Source: a virus. From it: DNA of 64,000 nt. The notes below the pieces were generated by a model. That model was not told the DNA's origin, searched no databases, and saw only the letters and a list, made by a program, of their open reading frames with translations. Of this stretch, positions 47,018 to 54,305 are shown piece after piece; the stretch's first letter is position 1, and every line of letters begins with the position of its first letter. The stretch covers positions 64,001 through 128,000 of IMG/VR virus record IMGVR_UViG_3300045988_137032; one strand, written 5' to 3'. Both the position numbers and the translations under genes were made by a program.

Positions 47018-47323
47018 ATGATGTTCGTTTACAACATGTTCCACAGCCTGCCCATGATTGATCAGGTTCTGATCCTGACGATCGTTTCCATCAAGCTCGT
47101 CGACGGTATCTTCTGGATACGTCGGCTTTTCTGGATCGTGAAGACGGTCCTCAACAAAAGCTATGAGCTTCATGGCAACTACGACTGCATCGATGATGAC
47201 GTCGAGCTATTCATGAGCCGCAAAGGCTTCAGCGCTGAGATTGATGGAAAGACAAAGACCTTCGTCCGTGGCACTGAAGTCCTGAGTGAAGGCGAAGCAA
47301 TGATTGCTTTCGCTGAAGCTTAA
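47018..47323 (+). CDS. small membrane protein
   Basis: RBS TAAGGAGG; hydrophobic IDQVLILTIVSIKLVDGIFWI. Confidence 0.75.
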   Translation: MMFVYNMFHSLPMIDQVLILTIVSIKLVDGIFWIRRLFWIVKTVLNKSYELHGNYDCIDDDVELFMSRKGFSAEIDGKTKTFVRGTEVLSEGEAMIAFAEA

Positions 47324-47357
47324 TGTCCGCATATTATTATAAATCGAGACAACGCGA

Positions 47358-47390
47358 TTTACCGTAAAGTCTCGATTTATAATGATATAT
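47358..47390 (+). repeat. 33-nt promoter-proximal repeat, copy 2
   Basis: identical to 46539-46571; here its GTCTCGATTT also pairs with AAATCGAGAC at 47341-47350. Confidence 0.85.
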
Positions 47391-47394
47391 AATA
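47385..47394 (+). promoter_or_regulatory. class A promoter core, variant ATATATAATA
   Basis: tataatgATATATAATAtatgtgaataataag, 113 nt upstream of ATG 47498. Confidence 0.4.
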
Positions 47395-47497
47395 TATGTG
47401 AATAATAAGAAAGGAATAATAAAGCAAACGGCTTTAAAATATCCTTTCTATGATCCTGATTAGAAAGATCAGGAAAAGTACTAGGAGGTACTATAAT

Positions 47498-47818
47498 ATG
47501 TTTACTTTCAACAAGAAGTCCGCTGACACCACCACCGCTATGACCACTGGCGATCGTTTCCACTATCATGCCAAGAAGGCCCTGCACGATACCGCCATTG
47601 CATATGGTGGCAAGTGCGTTGTGGCCGCTGGCTATGGTTGCATCGCCGGTGGCTGTGGCGACAAGACCGCAACCAAGATCGGCCAGGGCACTGTCATGGT
47701 TGGCGGTGCTATGGCACTGGCAGGCTCTGTTGGTGCACTGTACCATGGCTACAAGGCCACGGCTGCAGCCATCGACTACAGCGCCGACAAGATGAATGAG
47801 CTGTACAAGGATCTCTAA
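47498..47818 (+). CDS. Gly/Ala-rich small membrane protein, MF[TG]FNKKSA family
   Basis: RBS TAGGAGG before ATG 47498; MFTFNKKSAD...; glycine-zipper-like AAGYGCIAGGCG and VMVGGAMALAGSVGAL. Confidence 0.8.
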   Translation: MFTFNKKSADTTTAMTTGDRFHYHAKKALHDTAIAYGGKCVVAAGYGCIAGGCGDKTATKIGQGTVMVGGAMALAGSVGALYHGYKATAAAIDYSADKMNELYKDL

Positions 47819-47932
47819 TCCCGACAGTTCATTCATCAATTTCTATGATCCAAAAGATGTTGCGATTGCAACATCTCAAAAATTAAGATAGTGCGCCCGA
47901 CACTATAAAGACTGGGAGAAAGTGAGAAAATT

Positions 47933-48367
47933 ATGTTCGGTTTTAACAAGAAGTCCGCCGCTAACTTCGAGAAGGATGTCAAGAAGTTCAACACTGCATC
48001 CGCAGTTACTGTTGCGGCTCACAAGGTTGCACACATCGGCTTTGGTACTGCAGGCGCAGCTACCACTGTCGTAGCAGGAAACTGCTACTATGCTTCTCAG
48101 AAGAAGCACATGAGCCGCAAGCAGCGGAAGCAGGGTCAGAAGATCAACCAGATGGCTACCGGAGTTGCCATCATTGGTGCTGGCATCGGCAGCGTTGCGA
48201 CTGTGATCGAAGCAGTTGCACAGCCGCTCCCGTTCGACCAGAGCAAGTACCTTTTCGATGATGATATCGACGGCCAGGTCGCTGAAGCAGAGGAAGTAGT
48301 CGATGCAAAGATCGCTCCCGAAGATACTGAGGAGACTCAGGAAGGCGCTGAGCAGAATGCTCAGTAA
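47933..48367 (+). CDS. Gly/Ala-rich small membrane protein, MF[TG]FNKKSA family, acidic tail
   Basis: MFGFNKKSAA...; GFGTAGAATTVVAG; ATGVAIIGAGIGSVATVIEAV. Confidence 0.8.
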   Translation: MFGFNKKSAANFEKDVKKFNTASAVTVAAHKVAHIGFGTAGAATTVVAGNCYYASQKKHMSRKQRKQGQKINQMATGVAIIGAGIGSVATVIEAVAQPLPFDQSKYLFDDDIDGQVAEAEEVVDAKIAPEDTEETQEGAEQNAQ

Positions 48368-48426
48368 CCTTCACCATCCGCTATACGTGCTGGGAGTTGG
48401 ATACCCAGCACGTCCACCTTAATGAT

Positions 48427-48459
48427 AGAAGAGCTGCAATAGTGGCTCTTCTTTTTTTC
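48427..48459 (+). terminator. intrinsic terminator (preceded by a second hairpin at 48385-48413)
   Basis: stem AGAAGAGC / GCTCTTCT plus T7; upstream 10-bp stem ACGTGCTGGG / CCCAGCACGT. Confidence 0.75.
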
Positions 48460-48468
48460 TTTTCGTTT

Positions 48469-48478
48469 ATATATTATA
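48469..48478 (+). promoter_or_regulatory. candidate class A promoter core ATATATTATA
   Basis: cgtttATATATTATAtactagg, about 47 nt upstream of 48516. Confidence 0.4.
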
Positions 48479-48515
48479 TACTAGGTAATACTTACAGACA
48501 GATAATAGAAAGGCG

Positions 48516-48722
48516 GTGAATAATATCCTTATGAATATCCAAAAGATATTAGAACTACCTACCATAGAAATAGTGATTTGCATATTGGTTGCTATTAACA
48601 TGAGACTATTATCGCTCATATCAAAACAGCATATACGTAAGCCGAGGAGAACTTATTCCGGAGCATGCGTTATATTAATTCTATTTTATATGATCCTGTG
48701 GGTGTTGAGCAATATGCAATGA
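48516..48722 (+). CDS. small two-TM protein (holin-like topology; start uncertain, GTG 48516 or ATG 48531)
   Basis: hydrophobic IEIVICILVAINMRLLSLI and GACVILILFYMILWVLS; followed by a hairpin at 48724-48768. Confidence 0.5.
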   Translation: MNNILMNIQKILELPTIEIVICILVAINMRLLSLISKQHIRKPRRTYSGACVILILFYMILWVLSNMQ

Positions 48723-48809
48723 TGAATAGAATATCCCTCTGTATGAAAATACATGGGGATATTCTATTCTCATGTCCACATCAAGATAATGAAAGGAGTC
48801 TGATTATGT

Positions 48810-49154
48810 ATGCAAGAAATCAAATCAATCAAGTTCCACGGATACCTTGGATGGCTGGTGCTTAATACAGGAGAAGAGGTTCCATTGGATCCAGTAACGG
48901 ATAACAACATCATCGATCTTTGTTACAATAAGAAATCGAAGATATTGAAACCGTTACGGGATATCATGGAAGGAATTTACTTCTTAGTAGCCGAATCTCC
49001 ATTGTACCAGCATCCATTGAAAGGAAGAGCAGCTTTTGGCGTATACGTCATTCATTTGGCAACTATGAAATGTGCACCAAGTAAGTACAAAGAACTTGAT
49101 GGTACATACGTGCTATCGTACAACGATAATCGTGTTATGAAAGTGAGAAATTGA
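48810..49154 (+). CDS. hypothetical protein
   Basis: RBS GAAAGGAG; 114 aa. Confidence 0.7.
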   Translation: MQEIKSIKFHGYLGWLVLNTGEEVPLDPVTDNNIIDLCYNKKSKILKPLRDIMEGIYFLVAESPLYQHPLKGRAAFGVYVIHLATMKCAPSKYKELDGTYVLSYNDNRVMKVRN

Positions 49155-49156
49155 TT

Positions 49157-49489
49157 ATGGCTAACAACAACGCAGTATATCAGCAGATGACAAACGTCAG
49201 CATTCCTCGTGATCGTTTGATGTGGCTCGCAGCAGATGATGCTATGAGTAAGAAAGCATACAAGGTAATGCTTTGCTTATTTACTCAGCTGGATGGGTAT
49301 AATAAGATTACCCAAAGACGTACGAAGGATCCTCTCAACTTCAAGATGATCGATTTCAAGGCAATTTCCAGTGCAATCGGTGTTTCCAAGAAAGAAGTGA
49401 AAGAAATCGTCGGTGAACTCATTGATGCAGATTATATTGAGATGGGTTCTTCCGATACGATCAATGAGGGATATCGTTTTACCTTCTAA
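49157..49489 (+). CDS. putative winged-helix DNA-binding protein
   Basis: ATG 2 nt after the upstream TGA. KAYKVMLCLFTQLDGYN...FKAISSAIGVSKKEVKEIVGELIDADYIEM resembles a MarR/replisome-organiser-type wHTH, recognised by pattern only. Confidence 0.6.
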   Translation: MANNNAVYQQMTNVSIPRDRLMWLAADDAMSKKAYKVMLCLFTQLDGYNKITQRRTKDPLNFKMIDFKAISSAIGVSKKEVKEIVGELIDADYIEMGSSDTINEGYRFTF

Positions 49490-49490
49490 A

Positions 49491-49502
49491 AACAATGGTT
49501 TA
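49491..49502 (+). promoter_or_regulatory. candidate class B promoter motif AACA-N6-TA
   Basis: tctaaAAACAatggttTAat, 40 nt upstream of ATG 49531. Confidence 0.4.
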
Positions 49503-49530
49503 ATCTTTTTAGAAAGGAGATGAAATTTAT

Positions 49531-49977
49531 ATGTCTAAGAATAAGAACCGTTCTACGGTTACATTCTCAAATGAGAGCAAGAATACTTCTCCTGAAGTTG
49601 AAAAGCTCTCTGCTATGGTGGATAACGGACAAGTTAATATGGAAGCACTTGACGAAGTTACACCTATTATGGTTTCTGCGGAAGAAGTCCCTCCGATGGT
49701 TATTAACCCGGAAGTGGTAATCACACCGAAGCCTTTTACAATTCCTGATCCCATAATTGATACATACAATATCAAGATGGAGCCTAAGTTCTTTCAGATG
49801 GGCGATATCGTGCGGATTAAGGAAAATACCACAAAGACTGCAACTGGAGCAAATCTCCCTGATTTCGCTCTGAAGAATACTTATCGGGTTTCTAAGATTC
49901 TCGATGATCGTATTATCATTAAAGCTGGTTTCTACCAGACTGCAGTCACCATGAATGATTTAGTATTCGTGGATTAA
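49531..49977 (+). CDS. hypothetical protein (C-terminal SH3/KOW-like beta domain possible)
   Basis: RBS GAAAGGAGATG; FFQMGDIVRIKENTTKTATGANLPDFALKNTYRVSKI. Confidence 0.75.
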   Translation: MSKNKNRSTVTFSNESKNTSPEVEKLSAMVDNGQVNMEALDEVTPIMVSAEEVPPMVINPEVVITPKPFTIPDPIIDTYNIKMEPKFFQMGDIVRIKENTTKTATGANLPDFALKNTYRVSKILDDRIIIKAGFYQTAVTMNDLVFVD

Positions 49978-50003
49978 CCAATAAATAGGTTCGTTGAATA
50001 TTT

Positions 50004-50065
50004 GGTATAAGCGCTTAGACATATCTGATTTTCATCAGGAGTCTACAGCGCTTATACCTTTTATT
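50004..50065 (+). terminator. intrinsic terminator (long composite hairpin)
   Basis: GGTATAAGCGCTTAGAC...GTCTACAGCGCTTATACC followed by TTTTATT. Confidence 0.7.
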
Positions 50066-50108
50066 CGTTCAAACACACATGGTGTCAAAATACGAGGTGA
50101 TATAAACC

Positions 50109-51020
50109 ATGGTTACATTAATGCTTATTGTTTTAGCTTGTCTTTTCGTATTCACCGGCAAGCCCGTTATCAAGCATCTTGAGAAGAGCTATACTCGAAT
50201 GGCTATTGTCATTCTGTATGCTTGCTCTCTGTGGGTTGGAATCGCAACCATCAATCTTGTTGCTCCCACATTTTCTGAGAGCGTAGGTCTATTTAATTTT
50301 GGTCTACGCGCTTATGCATTGGAACCTTCCAATGTCGAAGATGATTCTGAAGAGAATGGAATCATGAATATTTTAAACTTCTTCAATATTTACAAGGTGG
50401 ATGTGAAATCGGATAGTGAGGTAGTAGAATCTATCGTAAATCCTAATCCGATTGTAGAAGAAATGGCTACATCCACAAATACAGATCCCCTTGCAGCGAA
50501 TACTACATACGAAGAAGAAGTAAACCCCGATGAAGTTCAAGGACCTCCGTGTCTTGGTTCTTTTGTAGATGAAGTTCCTGCAACTCCCACCACGAATGAG
50601 GTAAAGCAGGTTGCAACCGCTACGAATATTTCCAGCAAGAAGTCCTATAAATATAACCTTAGTGAAGCTGATAAAATTGCCCTTCAGAAAGTGGCTCTCG
50701 CTGAAGCTAAGTGTGATGGCGTGAAGGGTATGGCTCTCGTTATGAAAGTCATTCTGAATCGTCTTGATTCCCCGAAGTTCCCGAATAGTGTAACAGCAAT
50801 CGTTGCACAGAAAAATCAGTTCAGCACTTATTATAATGGAACTTATCATAAGGCAAAGCTTTGTGATGAAAGTTATGAAGCTTTAGAACTGGTACTTACC
50901 GGATGGGATGAAAGTAATGGTGCTCTGTATTTTGAGCATAATCCAAAAGGTAAAGCCACATGGCAGAGAAAGAACTTGACTACTCTGTTTACGTATAAGG
51001 GTCATACCTTTAGCAAATAA
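50109..51020 (+). CDS. SleB/CwlJ-family cell-wall hydrolase with N-terminal membrane anchor (endolysin candidate)
   Basis: LQKVALAEAKCDGVKGMALVMKVILNRLDSPKFPNSVTAIVAQKNQFS...NGALYFEHNP (Hydrolase_2 pattern); N-terminal TMs VTLMLIVLACLFVF and MAIVILYACSLWVGIATINLV. Confidence 0.8.
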   Translation: MVTLMLIVLACLFVFTGKPVIKHLEKSYTRMAIVILYACSLWVGIATINLVAPTFSESVGLFNFGLRAYALEPSNVEDDSEENGIMNILNFFNIYKVDVKSDSEVVESIVNPNPIVEEMATSTNTDPLAANTTYEEEVNPDEVQGPPCLGSFVDEVPATPTTNEVKQVATATNISSKKSYKYNLSEADKIALQKVALAEAKCDGVKGMALVMKVILNRLDSPKFPNSVTAIVAQKNQFSTYYNGTYHKAKLCDESYEALELVLTGWDESNGALYFEHNPKGKATWQRKNLTTLFTYKGHTFSK

Positions 51021-51035
51021 GTAGTCGTGAAATTA

Positions 51036-51082
51036 AAGTAAGCTAACGGTATAGATACATAAACCGTTAGCTTACTTTTTTA
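51036..51082 (+). terminator. intrinsic terminator
   Basis: 15-bp stem AAGTAAGCTAACGGT / ACCGTTAGCTTACTT plus T-run. Confidence 0.8.
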
Positions 51083-51101
51083 AATGAGAGGAGAATAGTT
51101 T

Positions 51102-51332
51102 ATGCCGTTTAAAGTATATATAGAATCTCTTAATACGGTATACACAAAATGTGAGTCATTTGACTCAAAAGACCTCGCACTGTCATACATGGATAATCTT
51201 GCAGAAGAAAAGAGAAATAAGAACGGTAATAAGTCCGTTCGTTATAATAGGAAAACTGGTCGTATGAAATACAGAGAGAAATCTGTATTCGGGACTTATG
51301 TGACTATTAAAGCATGGATTTCTGAAGAATAA
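51102..51332 (+). CDS. small protein with the MKVYAI-type module
   Basis: RBS GAGAGGAG; FKVYIESLNTVYTKCESFDSKDLALSYMDNL. Confidence 0.7.
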   Translation: MPFKVYIESLNTVYTKCESFDSKDLALSYMDNLAEEKRNKNGNKSVRYNRKTGRMKYREKSVFGTYVTIKAWISEE

Positions 51333-51333
51333 A

Positions 51334-51382
51334 AAATACAGACTGAGATTAGATTTATTTCTATCTCAGTCTGTATTTTTTG
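51334..51382 (+). terminator. intrinsic terminator
   Basis: 16-bp stem AAATACAGACTGAGAT / ATCTCAGTCTGTATTT plus T-run. Confidence 0.8.
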
Positions 51383-51406
51383 TCCGTGTAGTCTCCATTT
51401 TCATTT

Positions 51407-51416
51407 ATATATTATA
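51407..51416 (+). promoter_or_regulatory. candidate class A promoter core ATATATTATA
   Basis: catttATATATTATAgatgtaat, 43 nt upstream of ATG 51450. Confidence 0.45.
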
Positions 51417-51449
51417 GATGTAATATAAAATGAAAGGAGGTGAATGGAC

Positions 51450-51641
51450 ATGTGTATCATTTCAAATACATTTCCATATTGTACTTTTAAAAGTACAGGT
51501 GACATGGAAACATTTGCCAGAATTCACTGCGGACATTTCATCCCGGTGAAGACTGGCAATGCTTCTGTCAGGTCGTGTAATGGTGATAGTGTGACATACT
51601 ATTGCTTCGAACATGACCCGATCAAGCAGTTACAGATGTAA
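51450..51641 (+). CDS. small Cys-rich protein
   Basis: RBS AAAGGAGG 9 nt before ATG 51450; the ATG at 51444 is too close to the RBS. Confidence 0.65.
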   Translation: MCIISNTFPYCTFKSTGDMETFARIHCGHFIPVKTGNASVRSCNGDSVTYYCFEHDPIKQLQM

Positions 51642-51655
51642 TTGCTGACAAATGA

Positions 51656-51704
51656 AGAAAGGTTAGATTGGATCTAGCACATCTGATCTAACCTTTCTTT
51701 TTTG
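51656..51704 (+). terminator. intrinsic terminator
   Basis: 13-bp stem AGAAAGGTTAGAT / ATCTAACCTTTCT plus T-run. Confidence 0.8.
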
Positions 51705-51734
51705 TTGGCATACGTATTAAAACGAATATTAATG

Positions 51735-51744
51735 ATATATTATA
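51735..51744 (+). promoter_or_regulatory. candidate class A promoter core ATATATTATA
   Basis: attaatgATATATTATAtatgtgaaataaag, 67 nt upstream of ATG 51802. Confidence 0.45.
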
Positions 51745-51801
51745 TATGTGAAATAAAGCAGACAAAAGAGTTGCTTTAAAGTGAAAGAGAGGTTTTAAAT
51801 T

Positions 51802-53595
51802 ATGGCAAAGAATACGTGGAATAAAATGGTTTACCCTGAACGTGCTTACGAATGGATTCGCTACTATGTCCTTGACGGTCTGTTTGATTATATTAATGAG
51901 AAATATAATCCAGTCATCCTTCGTATCATTGAAGATTATATTCGTGAATCGGATAATATTAATGATCGTGAAAGAAAATTGTACGATCTATATATCATCA
52001 AGGGGTTAAACCAGGCTGAAATAGCTGTCGAGTTTGGAGTATCTTATGAGAAAATTAGACAGCTGCTTGCAAAACTTGGAAGAAAGATTCATGGTAGGAA
52101 GATAATTTGTGAGATTCGCAAAAGATATGATCTCATGGTAAATCCTGATGAAGTTATGTATAATGAAGAACTGGATCATTATACACAGGATATCTACATG
52201 CCGGAATGGGATAGCTATGCATGTAGAAAACTTCAGAGATATATTCTGACCAGAATCAATGAGTATCTCTATCCCGATTGCCAGATGCGTGAGCCGTCCA
52301 TTTCTGATATCTTGTCCATTATGGAAGATAAGAATATCACCATGGAGGATATGTTTAACGACATTGACGAAAATATGGCTGAGATGCTTAACTGGTACTT
52401 CTCTGAAAATCCTTATCGTACGGAAGAGTATGAGAAGGATGAACCTGCAACGGTTCTTTATCTCGATTATTCTGAAGTGTTACGTCATCGGAAACCGGTT
52501 TTGCCGAAAGGTAAAAAGAGTATCCGTCGTAAGAAGACATCGGAACAATACAAGTCTGAGTATCATTATGGTGAAATGTATCTTGGACCCGATAAAGTTC
52601 CTATGAAGGACGGCATTCCGAACATATCCTTCTACAAACTTGTCAACTATCCGACGAACGTTATATGGTTTCTGCGTGATGCTAAAGTCATTAGTGGAAT
52701 CGATCGGAGAGAGACTAGACTGACGGAGAAGGAATCGGCAGCAAACTTCATGGGATATGTCTACCGTAAGATGAACGATGATAAAGCTGCAGCTGCATTT
52801 ACCCAGTTCTTCATGCACAACGATGATTCACACATTGATGAGATGGCTATCTATAGTCTTTTCTGTGCTGTGAGAAAAGATCGTGATATCGTAAGACCTC
52901 TTGTCTTAGGTGAAACTGATGCTGCCCGTGCTCAGTTTATGCTTGAGTGCGATACTACCTACAAGAATAACTACAATAAGCACATTGATGATTTCTTTAG
53001 AGGTGTCAAGTCGACCAAATACATTGGCAGCTTCTTTAAAAATCATCCGGAGATTCGGTTTGTTGATGACTTCACATGTGGGATTATCAACGGAACCATC
53101 ACAACCGCAAGCTTCAATAATGATGAAGAAAGCGTCCGGATCATCAATACAGTTATCACACAAGCACCTTTTATCAATTACGATGCTGGCGGATTCGATA
53201 CGAGCAAGTTCAAATGCTATAATATCAAAATGCCACATCTGAAGTTCGTTAAGAATGAACGGGTTAGCCATAAGAGCTTTGATGAAATCGTCAATGACAA
53301 ATCAGTGAATGCCGATAAGTTTGATGCAACTCCTTTGACGATGGATACAGCTGTAGTTTATGATCTTAAGGTTTTCGAGAATGAGACTGAATACTATAAG
53401 ATTATTAATAATGCTGAGATCAAAACCATTGGAAACCTGGTACGTGCTGTCATGAAGGATTATGATTTCTGCGGAGATGCTGGAATTAGTATGGAAACTG
53501 CTCGTAGGATTTTCATCTATGTAGCATATCTTGAAGATGAAATCACTGCCGTTAAAACAAGAAAGGAGCAAAAATATGACCTTCTCGGAATTTAA
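51802..53595 (+). CDS. 597-aa protein with a sigma-70 region-4-like HTH near the N-terminus
   Basis: ERKLYDLYIIKGLNQAEIAVEFGVSYEKIRQLLAKLGRKI fits the region 4.2 / LuxR-type HTH pattern; the rest is unassignable. Confidence 0.6.
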   Translation: MAKNTWNKMVYPERAYEWIRYYVLDGLFDYINEKYNPVILRIIEDYIRESDNINDRERKLYDLYIIKGLNQAEIAVEFGVSYEKIRQLLAKLGRKIHGRKIICEIRKRYDLMVNPDEVMYNEELDHYTQDIYMPEWDSYACRKLQRYILTRINEYLYPDCQMREPSISDILSIMEDKNITMEDMFNDIDENMAEMLNWYFSENPYRTEEYEKDEPATVLYLDYSEVLRHRKPVLPKGKKSIRRKKTSEQYKSEYHYGEMYLGPDKVPMKDGIPNISFYKLVNYPTNVIWFLRDAKVISGIDRRETRLTEKESAANFMGYVYRKMNDDKAAAAFTQFFMHNDDSHIDEMAIYSLFCAVRKDRDIVRPLVLGETDAARAQFMLECDTTYKNNYNKHIDDFFRGVKSTKYIGSFFKNHPEIRFVDDFTCGIINGTITTASFNNDEESVRIINTVITQAPFINYDAGGFDTSKFKCYNIKMPHLKFVKNERVSHKSFDEIVNDKSVNADKFDATPLTMDTAVVYDLKVFENETEYYKIINNAEIKTIGNLVRAVMKDYDFCGDAGISMETARRIFIYVAYLEDEITAVKTRKEQKYDLLGI

Positions 53596-53797
53596 GCATA
53601 TTCAATCTGAATATGCGAGGCAATTGGAGAACCTTGAAGATTCGTACCAGAATAAGAAAATTTCTGATACGGACTTCAAGGTTCGTTTCCGTTCTCTTAT
53701 TGAGAACTATCTGATGCATACCAGACCAGATGATGTAATTGACACTGATGTTTACATCATCCAAAATGGTCATGTAGAACTGAAAGTGATTCACTGA
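53576..53797 (+). CDS. hypothetical small protein
   Basis: RBS AAAGGAGC before ATG 53576; overlaps the end of the upstream gene. Confidence 0.65.
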   Translation: MTFSEFKHIQSEYARQLENLEDSYQNKKISDTDFKVRFRSLIENYLMHTRPDDVIDTDVYIIQNGHVELKVIH

Positions 53798-53803
53798 GAA
53801 AAG

Positions 53804-53846
53804 AAAGAAGGTTGTGTATGCAAATTGTGCACAACCTTCTTTTTTA
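53804..53846 (+). terminator. intrinsic terminator
   Basis: 13-bp stem AAAGAAGGTTGTG / CACAACCTTCTTT plus T-run. Confidence 0.8.
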
Positions 53847-53909
53847 GGATCATAGTAAATAAGATCGCTTTTGACTATCCAGTAATCTGTATACTAGGAG
53901 GTCGATATC

Positions 53910-54230
53910 ATGCCATTCAGATGGGAAACTAGAGAAATCCATGATGAAAACGGAAACGCATACAAGCTATCATTTGAAGAAGCCCAAAAGAAGTATGGCT
54001 TAAAACTTGAATTAGCACCAGACTATATTTGTGATGAATTTAGTAATGATGTATCCGAATACTTCTGTAGCATAAATATAAATGCAAAATCTATTTATGA
54101 GCATAAGAAGTATATTGTGGAAAATTGGCCAGCCACTTCTATTGGCTATATGATTACATTCAAAGAGGCTCAAGATAAATATGGTTATCTTCTTGAAAAA
54201 GCACCGGATGCTGTAAAAAATAGCATTTGA
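53910..54230 (+). CDS. protein with two SFxEAQxKYG modules
   Basis: RBS TAGGAGG; LSFEEAQKKYGLKLELAPDY and ITFKEAQDKYGYLLEKAPDA. Confidence 0.8.
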   Translation: MPFRWETREIHDENGNAYKLSFEEAQKKYGLKLELAPDYICDEFSNDVSEYFCSININAKSIYEHKKYIVENWPATSIGYMITFKEAQDKYGYLLEKAPDAVKNSI

Positions 54231-54305
54231 GTGTGAAATAGAAGATGAATCTCAAGATATTACTTACGGTGATATGATCACTATATGATTAAGGAGGTTT
54301 TTATT

